Assembly: GCA_003056265.1 (NCBI GenBank)
Contig: NBVN01000002.1
Location: 210,001-242,000, forward strand
Direction: 5' to 3'
From: Zestosphaera tikiterensis
GTDB lineage: Archaea > Thermoproteota > Thermoprotei_A > Sulfolobales > NBVN01
Length of the DNA: 32,000 bases
In this document: positions 25,723-32,000 of the stretch, in pieces
Layout: every line of letters begins with the position of its first letter
Position numbering within the stretch: position 1 is the first letter of the stretch
Notes under the pieces: generated by a model
The model's database searches: none
Told to the model about the DNA's origin: nothing
What the model saw: only the letters and a program-made list of their open reading frames with translations
Program-made: the position numbers and the translations under genes

Positions 25723-26274
25723 ATGACTGGCCGGCGGAACGTAGCTATAGATGTAAGCATAGTCAGCGAGTTAAAGAATATAGTCGCTAAAAAAGGTATG
25801 AGTTTAACTTCATATCTAAGGTCTTTACTTACCGAAGCTTTAAGACTTGAAGCTAAAGGTTTACACGCTCCTAAAGCACTTAAGGATGCTGAGTTAGTGT
25901 ATGTTCTCAGGAACTTTAAGTTTATCTTAATCCCTTTAGAAGTTGTCGAAAATAACATACGTATAGATGAGGAACTGCTTAAGAACTCAAGGGAATACGG
26001 CATACGCATCGGGAAAGTCTTAAAGGAATTAGGCATAGACATCTCTGAAACTATAGACTACCTACTGCATGATGTGCCCACCACACCTTTAGGTAAAGAT
26101 AAAATAATAATACTACCGACGCAAGGAACGAGTAGAGTCCTTATAGAGTTAGCTAAAGGTATAGCTGAAGGGGGAGGCTTAAAAGTAAGTGAAACCCCGC
26201 ACACCGCCGTAATAGAGTTTAATAAATCTTTAGAACAAACACAGCAACGTAAAACGTCGGGAAGGTCGTTCTAA
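25723..26274 (+). CDS. Ribbon-helix-helix N-terminal domain protein, paralogue B
   Basis: 183 aa. NVAIDVSIVSELKNIVAKKGMSLTSYLRSLLTEAL is a textbook RHH with a G-x-S turn. A GGAGGA Shine-Dalgarno is present. The start lies 4 nt after the stop of paralogue A. Length and domain order match paralogue A. Confidence 0.6.
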   Translation: MTGRRNVAIDVSIVSELKNIVAKKGMSLTSYLRSLLTEALRLEAKGLHAPKALKDAELVYVLRNFKFILIPLEVVENNIRIDEELLKNSREYGIRIGKVLKELGIDISETIDYLLHDVPTTPLGKDKIIILPTQGTSRVLIELAKGIAEGGGLKVSETPHTAVIEFNKSLEQTQQRKTSGRSF

Positions 26275-26386
26275 CCTTAAATGATCTCATACCTTAATGA
26301 TGAATGTTAAACATATACACTAAATGTTAAATATCTCTATGTGTGTAGTGAGTGACTTAAGGATTTGCCCTTGAAGGGATGTGAGG

Positions 26387-27106
26387 TTATTTAATTGGAG
26401 TGCGTATTGAAGTTTTGTCTTTTAAGTACCCGTCTATTAAGTTTAAGGATCTATCCATAAAGTCCATCAACCGTGGATCGTGAGTAACTAGAATGATCGT
26501 TGTTTTAAAGTCTTTCTTGATACTCTTAAAGAGCTCTAAAACTTTAAGAGCGGTATCCCAATCTAGGTTTGCTGTAGGTTCATCCGCGAGAAGTACTGAT
26601 GGAGTCATCACCAACGCTCTAGCTATGGCTACCCTCTGCCTCTCACCACCACTTAATCTTTTAGGGTAGGAACTCGCTTTATTAAGCATGCCTATATACT
26701 CGAGAACTTCCTTCACCTTCCTCTCTCTTTCTTCCTTACCTACGCCAGCTATTAAAAGAGGTAACTCAACGTTCTCAAATACTGTAAGCTCATCTATCAC
26801 TCCGTAGTCTTGAGGGATATAACTCACTACGGTGTTTCTTATCATGGCTAAACCTAAGTCGTCAAGCATGTTTAGATTATACCCATCTACGATTACCTCA
26901 CCTCTATCAGGCCTTACAAAACCAGCTATGATTTTTAAGAGCGTGGTTTTTCCGGAACCGCTAGGTCCATGAATACCTACTACCTCACCTCTGAAGAAGT
27001 TCACGTTTATATTCCTTAACACCACTACCTTATAATTACCTTCGTCATACGTCTTCCACACATCCCTTAAAGCAACCACAACATCGCCCGGGATCAGCAT
27101 CACCAA
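26387..27106 (-). CDS. ABC transporter ATP-binding protein (MacB/LolD-like subfamily)
   Basis: 239 aa. Motifs: Walker A GPSGSGKTT, signature LSGGERQRVAIARAL, Walker B LLADEPT, H-loop VTHD. The ATG at 27100 (preceded by GGTG) may be the true start rather than TTG 27106. Confidence 0.9.
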   Translation of the reverse strand: MVMLIPGDVVVALRDVWKTYDEGNYKVVVLRNINVNFFRGEVVGIHGPSGSGKTTLLKIIAGFVRPDRGEVIVDGYNLNMLDDLGLAMIRNTVVSYIPQDYGVIDELTVFENVELPLLIAGVGKEERERKVKEVLEYIGMLNKASSYPKRLSGGERQRVAIARALVMTPSVLLADEPTANLDWDTALKVLELFKSIKKDFKTTIILVTHDPRLMDFMDRSLNLIDGYLKDKTSIRTPIK

Positions 27107-27128
27107 CTTAAACTAAGTTTCAAAGGGG

Positions 27129-27548
27129 TTAAATCTGCGGTATGGACGCACTGCTTCGAATTCTAATGTAAATATGGTTTAAAGACGTGAAAAAAGTTGT
27201 TAAAGCGATTAAGAACGCTATAGGGCTGTATGCATCTAAGAAGATCACATAAGGTATTGAAAGAAGTGTTGAGTTTACAAATGAGATTAATAACAGAAGT
27301 AGTCTTATGTCTTTAGGTTTTGAACCACACATGTAGAGTACGTATATAGTTGATGCGTGAAGTTTAAAATCGATAAACACGGAAGCTAGGGAAGCTACAG
27401 ATATAAGCGCTAACGTAAGGAAGGCTATAAAAAGAGAATTAGATACCAACAGAAGCAAAGCTAGATTTACCGCTACAGCTAAACATGTTTTAGCACCTAC
27501 GCTTCTAGCTATTAACTTCTTAACTAACGTCAGTACGTAGATTCCCAA
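27129..27548 (-). CDS. Small 4-TM membrane protein, possibly a minimal FtsX-like subunit
   Basis: 139 aa with a TTG start preceded by AGGTGGTG. It overlaps the upstream gene by 19 nt. The loop CGSKPKDIRLLLLLI resembles the G-x-x-xx-I/L loop between FtsX-type helices. Confidence 0.5.
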   Translation of the reverse strand: MGIYVLTLVKKLIARSVGAKTCLAVAVNLALLLLVSNSLFIAFLTLALISVASLASVFIDFKLHASTIYVLYMCGSKPKDIRLLLLLISFVNSTLLSIPYVIFLDAYSPIAFLIALTTFFTSLNHIYIRIRSSASIPQI

Positions 27549-29125
27549 ACCTTAACACCACCTACGATTTTAGATATGACTAGCGAGTTAATGCTTAAGC
27601 TCATAGACTCTGAGATCTCCTCCACCCCAAACACGGAAGTGTTTATGTTGATGTGTGCGAACCCCTCTTCAACGTTAATGAATACCGTTAAGTCCACACC
27701 AGAACCCCAAGAATCTACGTAAAGCATCTTAGCATGTATTACAGCCTCCTTATTAGAGTCGATCTTATACTCTACCTCCTCCACGTCGAAGAATTCATTA
27801 CTTTTTATTAAGTGAACTATCGCGTCAACTAACCTACTTATATCCTCACACTTAATTATCACGGTATACCTAGTGGTTGGCGGTATGTAAGACTCACTAG
27901 CTAAGCTTTCGGGCCTTGCCTTCAAATTCACGTAGATTGTTGATGCTAACCAAACTACAACTAAAGTTAATAAGGAGTTAAATGCTGCGGTACCGCCGTA
28001 GATTAAGTAAACGTAAATTAAAGTAATTACGCCAGGGAAAAACATGGAAGTAGCTGTATAGCTAGTTAACACTATCGATATTGCCCAAGGCGGAAAGCCT
28101 AAATAACTTATCTTATCTCTTAAATCCCTTACATAAGGTATCGCTGAAGAGAAAACCGATAACGTTATTAACGACGCCGTCGCTGACGTAATTAAAGCTA
28201 CAACCACAGACTTAAGCGATGGGATCTTAGTGTTGGACACTATAACTACTCTACCATACTCTATGAGCCTAACTTCAAATATGTCGTAATCCGCGCTTAA
28301 CCCCTCATAAAAATCTAAAACGTTAAGTTGATCTGACTCTACGCCTCTAATAAGTACATCAGTAACTAACTCTTCATGTGTTTCGAAAAGCTTCATTAAA
28401 TTCTCTGTGGTTGTGATTAAAACGTACCTAGTGGGTATCGTCACAGGTTCTGTTCCTATGAAAGCTTGAATAGGTATTAAAGGGACTTTATACGTTATAT
28501 ACGTTGCTGAAAGTTTTGCGGGATCTACGTAAACTAAGTTGATTTGCGTTCTATGGTTGTCGTATATTAACGTATCACGCATTGTCGCCGTATTTAAATC
28601 CGCGTAGGCATACACGTCTTCATGAAAGTCAACATTCAGTAATGAACTTAAGAAACGCTTATCTGAGGATATTAAGCAATAGATGTTTTTATTTATGCTT
28701 AACAGCTTATACGGCGTTTCTAAGGTTATCCTATAAAACCTTAAGCATTCGTTAAAAGATCCTATAGATTGCTTTATACGCGAGCAAATATCCGCAGTTA
28801 CCGGCTTGTTGAACTTAACGTATATCTCACGCGTTTTAGATGTTAAAGTAGGGTCTTTCAATTCAACGTAACTACTTTCAGCACTTGATGAAAAACCAGC
28901 TATTGTTACAGCTAAAACTAAAGTCGCTATTATGACATAGGTGAAAGGTTTACTAAAGAGCAATATGCTAATTCTATACATACCGACAAACCTTGAAAGC
29001 CTGGCTTTCACCTTAACTTTAAATTCCCTGCTTCTTTCAGTTTCTACTATCGTATAACGTATAGCTACGTAAGCTAATGCTAAAGCGATAGCGACGCTTA
29101 CGACTAGGAAGTATAAGTAAATCAT
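27530..29125 (-). CDS. FtsX-like ABC permease with a large extracytoplasmic domain and an extra ~125-aa soluble C-terminal domain
   Basis: 531 aa. It has two N-terminal TM helices, then ~230 aa of non-hydrophobic sequence. Three TM helices follow around VRDLRDKISYLGFPPWAISIVL (FtsX-like loop). After them comes a soluble tail, TRYTVIIKCEDISRLVDAIVHLIKS...GVKVWESTY. Confidence 0.55.
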   Translation of the reverse strand: MIYLYFLVVSVAIALALAYVAIRYTIVETERSREFKVKVKARLSRFVGMYRISILLFSKPFTYVIIATLVLAVTIAGFSSSAESSYVELKDPTLTSKTREIYVKFNKPVTADICSRIKQSIGSFNECLRFYRITLETPYKLLSINKNIYCLISSDKRFLSSLLNVDFHEDVYAYADLNTATMRDTLIYDNHRTQINLVYVDPAKLSATYITYKVPLIPIQAFIGTEPVTIPTRYVLITTTENLMKLFETHEELVTDVLIRGVESDQLNVLDFYEGLSADYDIFEVRLIEYGRVVIVSNTKIPSLKSVVVALITSATASLITLSVFSSAIPYVRDLRDKISYLGFPPWAISIVLTSYTATSMFFPGVITLIYVYLIYGGTAAFNSLLTLVVVWLASTIYVNLKARPESLASESYIPPTTRYTVIIKCEDISRLVDAIVHLIKSNEFFDVEEVEYKIDSNKEAVIHAKMLYVDSWGSGVDLTVFINVEEGFAHININTSVFGVEEISESMSLSINSLVISKIVGGVKVWESTY

Positions 29126-30834
29126 TAAGCAACACCTATCAATGAAAGCGTCACAGATAATGCGACGCCTAACCCAGCACCGGCTAACGCTAACGAAGCG
29201 TAGGTTATTAAGGATTCGTAAACGTCTACACCTATGCGGTACGCGACATATTTGATCAGTGAAGCAACTATGAAAAGTAACCCTAAATCTGGGGTTAACG
29301 TAGCCCCTATTAGTATGCCGAAGAATGACACACCTGAAAGACCGAGGAACTTCATCAAGAATATGAATGCTATAGCGAATAAAGCCCCTATTAAGACTGT
29401 ATATGTGTTAAACGCTGAGATATCCCCCTTATAGAGGTTGTTCATCCACGTCACTACTGGAACCCAACGAAGTAAGTTAAGCTTAGGTGAGTTTAAACCG
29501 AAGACTGAAATTAGTATGTAACCGTAGATGAGCGTTATTGGCGCACCTAAAACCGCGAATAAAGCAGGTATAAACGTTGAAACCTCAGCCCTAACATCTA
29601 ATACCTTACCTGCCTTAACATAGTTGAGGGTGTTAGCAGCGAAAAACTGCGGCATGGGGACTCCCGTGTAAGGATCTAGAAATATATAGGGTATAGCTCC
29701 TCTAGCGCCGCTTGCGAAAAGCGTTAAGGTCGCTACCGGCAACGTAGCTTGTGAAACCGTGCCAACCTCACCGGCAACTCTAGCTGTTAATATAGTTAGA
29801 AAGAACTGAAGCAAAATTATCAAAGGTATGGCTAATAAAGCTGTTAAAGGTAGGTCTGTAAGCAGTAAAACCGGAACGACGGCTGTAATCATTAAAGCTA
29901 ACGCCATTAAAACGTAGCGGAGGAGATATTTACTTATGTATACATACCTAAAAGTAGATATCAAGTATCTCCTACTGACGATTATGTAGTAGCTGGAGAA
30001 CACGATTAAGAACCCACTTATTAATGAGGATATTAAAGGTGAGGCCGCCGTAGCTAAAGCTTTAGAATCCATCGTAGGTAATGAAATCATCAACCCAAGA
30101 GTGGTTAATATAGGTGTTATTACGAAATACGTCACCACATTGCCTATACCAACACCTACGGATGTGTTTAAAGGTATCAGTAGAGCTAGAAGTAAGACGA
30201 AGATATCCATGGATAAAGCAATTGAAGAACCTGGAAGTATTGTCTGCAACTGAGGCGTTGGATCTACGGAGAAACCTCCAGTTAGCGATGAAATCAGCTG
30301 TATTGCAGCACCCCCTAAAACCGTTATTAAAACATACTCGCGTTTTAACGCCTTACCCAACTGTATAACCCTAGCTATTGAAGAGCCTATAGGGTACGCT
30401 AACTTCTCCTTCTCAACAAAGTGTTTATAAAAGACGTAAGCAATGATAGAGCCTGAAACTGAAATGGAGGTCGCGTACGTGAAGAACGCAATAGTTTCTA
30501 TGCTTAAGTAGCTGTTGTGATACGCCCATGAAGGAATTCTTAAAGAACTCACGTCCCCTAACTCGTGAAGCATCGTATAAGTTATATACATGCCGGCCGT
30601 TATAGTTGTGGATATAGCTATTCCTGAAGCGATTAAAGAACCTATGAAATGCTCTACAGGCGTGGGGGACTTTCTAAATATTAGCTTATACAGGATTAAA
30701 TACATAATAGCAGCAACAACCCCAGCTATCTCAGCTGTCGTATAGCCAGTTACGGCATATCCATATGTATCGATAAACCCTTGAAGTAAGCCCGTTAAGA
30801 AGCCTAAGATTAAAGCATTTACTAACTTACTCAT
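29125..30834 (-). CDS. OPT-superfamily (oligopeptide transporter-like) polytopic membrane transporter
   Basis: 569 aa with about 15 TM segments. The N-terminal LILGFLTGLLQGFIDTYGYAVTGYTTAEIAGVVAAIM and the mid-protein ARVAGEVGTVSQATLPVATLTLF resemble OPT family blocks. The stop overlaps the next start (TAATG). Confidence 0.6.
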   Translation of the reverse strand: MSKLVNALILGFLTGLLQGFIDTYGYAVTGYTTAEIAGVVAAIMYLILYKLIFRKSPTPVEHFIGSLIASGIAISTTITAGMYITYTMLHELGDVSSLRIPSWAYHNSYLSIETIAFFTYATSISVSGSIIAYVFYKHFVEKEKLAYPIGSSIARVIQLGKALKREYVLITVLGGAAIQLISSLTGGFSVDPTPQLQTILPGSSIALSMDIFVLLLALLIPLNTSVGVGIGNVVTYFVITPILTTLGLMISLPTMDSKALATAASPLISSLISGFLIVFSSYYIIVSRRYLISTFRYVYISKYLLRYVLMALALMITAVVPVLLLTDLPLTALLAIPLIILLQFFLTILTARVAGEVGTVSQATLPVATLTLFASGARGAIPYIFLDPYTGVPMPQFFAANTLNYVKAGKVLDVRAEVSTFIPALFAVLGAPITLIYGYILISVFGLNSPKLNLLRWVPVVTWMNNLYKGDISAFNTYTVLIGALFAIAFIFLMKFLGLSGVSFFGILIGATLTPDLGLLFIVASLIKYVAYRIGVDVYESLITYASLALAGAGLGVALSVTLSLIGVA

Positions 30835-31444
30835 GAAGGCTCAACTCACGTAACTTATCCTCTATATAGATAGCCATCCCCTTAAGCTCTTCATCTCCTA
30901 ATTTCTTTACGAGGCTTAAATTTAACTTCAACAGTTTTAAACTCTCCAGATATTCCTGAGTATTTTCTCTAAATTTAGGATCTTTAACCTTAGTATAATA
31001 TACTAAAGCCTCTAAAAGTGCGTTGTTAGCTCTACTTAATGCTAACTTACTTCCACAACCTTCGTAAGCGTTTAAAACCTCTAACTTAAACGTAGGTCTT
31101 AAAGGGTCTTCCTTATAAAGCGTTAATATACCCTCTATGTAAAGATCGAAATCCCCATCAACTATAGGGGCTTTAACCTTCTTCGCCGGTTTGAGAAGTA
31201 ACTCCCAAGGCTTAAATATAGATTTAAAGAAATACTTCGATTCTTGAGTTAAGTTTAAGGTTACTTCAGGATTAAAGCTAATGTTGAGGAAAGTCTTCGT
31301 ATGTTTATAAGGCTTTATAAACAGCATCCCCTCCAAAAACTCAACCCCCATGGGAGCTACGTTAAAACCGTTTTCACCTATCGTAACTATTAAAGCTTCG
31401 TGAAGGCGTAACCTTAGATACTTGCTGAGCAGCTGCTCTATCAT
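30827..31444 (-). CDS. Soluble protein, tentatively DUF447-like (FMN-binding split-barrel fold family)
   Basis: 205 aa. EALIVTIGENGFNVAPMGVEF...LFIKPYKHTKTFLNI resembles the N-terminal barrel of DUF447 proteins. It is the first gene of the overlapping operon, with an 8-nt overlap with OPT. Confidence 0.4.
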   Translation of the reverse strand: MIEQLLSKYLRLRLHEALIVTIGENGFNVAPMGVEFLEGMLFIKPYKHTKTFLNISFNPEVTLNLTQESKYFFKSIFKPWELLLKPAKKVKAPIVDGDFDLYIEGILTLYKEDPLRPTFKLEVLNAYEGCGSKLALSRANNALLEALVYYTKVKDPKFRENTQEYLESLKLLKLNLSLVKKLGDEELKGMAIYIEDKLRELSLHE

Positions 31445-31591
31445 CCCATTACCGAATATTTAATTAAATCCAAGGATAAAAAATGAGGTTTATTTAATCA
31501 ACCATCAATCAAGGATTTAAAGCTTTATTTAACACGTCAACGTTAAACTCATGACGTAATAGATGATGTTTAAGCTAGTGAGGAGCTGAGT

Positions 31592-32000
31592 ATGTCGGCT
31601 TCGGAGTTAAGGAATAGCCTGCTTTGGTGTATGATTTATAAACGAATTACAGATGAGTTAGGTTTTTGCGATGATAGGGATTACGTAGCTGGTAAGACCC
31701 TAGATGTAATTCTTCAAAGCTTTAAGCCAGATCCCCACACAACTCTTCAAGAATTGAAGAACATGTTTATTAATAGGAAGGTTTTAGTTATAGGTGCTGG
31801 TCCATCCTGTGTTCATACAGATTTAAAAAGCGTGTCAGCTTCTTACGATGTTTTAGTTGGTGCTGATGGAGGGTATAGATGCGCTTTAAGCAAAGGAGTT
31901 GAAACTCACGTTATAGTAACGGATCTCGACGGAGTTACATTAAACGATTTAATGAATTTTAACGGGTTTATAGTCATACATGCTCACGGAGATAACATCT
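31592..32000 (+). CDS. mptE: 5' fragment of a 6-hydroxymethyl-7,8-dihydropterin diphosphokinase, archaeal MptE type (DUF115); it runs off the window
   Basis: It is not in the track because there is no stop in the window. The ATG at 31592 is preceded by GTGAGGAG. My translation is MSASELRNSLLWCMIYKRITDELGF...RKVLVIGAGPSCVHTDLKS...VIVTDLDGVTLNDLMNFNGFIVIHAHGDNI. The GAGPS, TDLDG and HAHGDN blocks are characteristic of MptE. Confidence 0.6.
   Translation, partial: MSASELRNSLLWCMIYKRITDELGFCDDRDYVAGKTLDVILQSFKPDPHTTLQELKNMFINRKVLVIGAGPSCVHTDLKSVSASYDVLVGADGGYRCALSKGVETHVIVTDLDGVTLNDLMNFNGFIVIHAHGDNI

Noticed and set aside
25148-26042. Two long minus-strand track ORFs (184 aa and 129 aa) antisense to the RHH gene pair.
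   Set aside because: Their products are Ser/Thr/Leu-rich low-complexity sequence with no Shine-Dalgarno. The plus-strand ORFs have clear SD sites, an RHH motif and balanced composition. These are typical shadow ORFs.
26297-26334. A C-box-like AATGATGA followed by a direct repeat AATGTTAAA(C/T)AT spaced 19 nt apart, lying between two convergent genes.
   Set aside because: No CUGA D or D' box and no C' box occur at the required spacing, so it is not a C/D sRNA. The repeat is short and AT-rich and could arise by chance.
1236-30368. The remaining short track ORFs nested antisense or out of frame inside recognisable genes: 1236-1451, 3789-4010, 8658-8840, 9284-9466, 12566-12763, 13364-13591, 13953-14192, 14394-14651, 17377-17694, 20215-20649, 20851-21069, 21520-21747, 22834-23019, 23050-23277, 29234-29434 and 30114-30368.
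   Set aside because: Each lies wholly or largely within a longer ORF on the other strand or frame that has strong family motifs. None has a recognisable motif or ribosome-binding site.

Overview
This is a chromosomal window from an AT-rich crenarchaeon. The organism call is inference only: the non-canonical tRNA intron architecture looks Thermoproteales-like (Caldivirga/Vulcanisaeta type).

Positions 1-22.3 kb are dense housekeeping:
- A translationally coupled cluster aIF2-beta/DUF424/NMD3/aIF1A/Rio1/KH-Dim2.
- RadA followed by a prepilin peptidase.
- A ThrRS paralogue with an editing domain but a degenerate catalytic core.
- Glutamine synthetase and threonine dehydratase, each next to an Lrp/AsnC regulator.
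- TFB, Gar1 and SRP19.
- An AdoMetDC-family decarboxylase, a MiaB-like methylthiotransferase, a RimK-type ligase and a GT4 phosphosugar transferase.

RNA genes:
- tRNA-Thr(GGU).
- A 146-nt tRNA carrying about 69 nt of non-canonical intron sequence.
- A tRNA-Met(CAU)/tRNA-Gln(CUG) pair 2 nt apart, both with canonical introns.
- A stand-alone 5S rRNA.
- One well-formed candidate C/D box sRNA that the ORF track cannot show.

All four tRNAs encode their CCA ends. I also found an untracked 49-aa zinc-ribbon ORF.

Positions 22.4-31.4 kb look accessory and are the best place to look for something undescribed. They hold a pilin-like gene coupled to a 690-aa surface protein with no assembly machinery nearby. 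They also hold two tandem paralogous RHH proteins and a five-gene overlapping operon (DUF447-like / OPT / FtsX-like with an extra C-terminal domain / small membrane protein / ABC ATPase).

I saw no CRISPR array, IS element or integrase. All family assignments come from motif recognition by eye. No database search was run.
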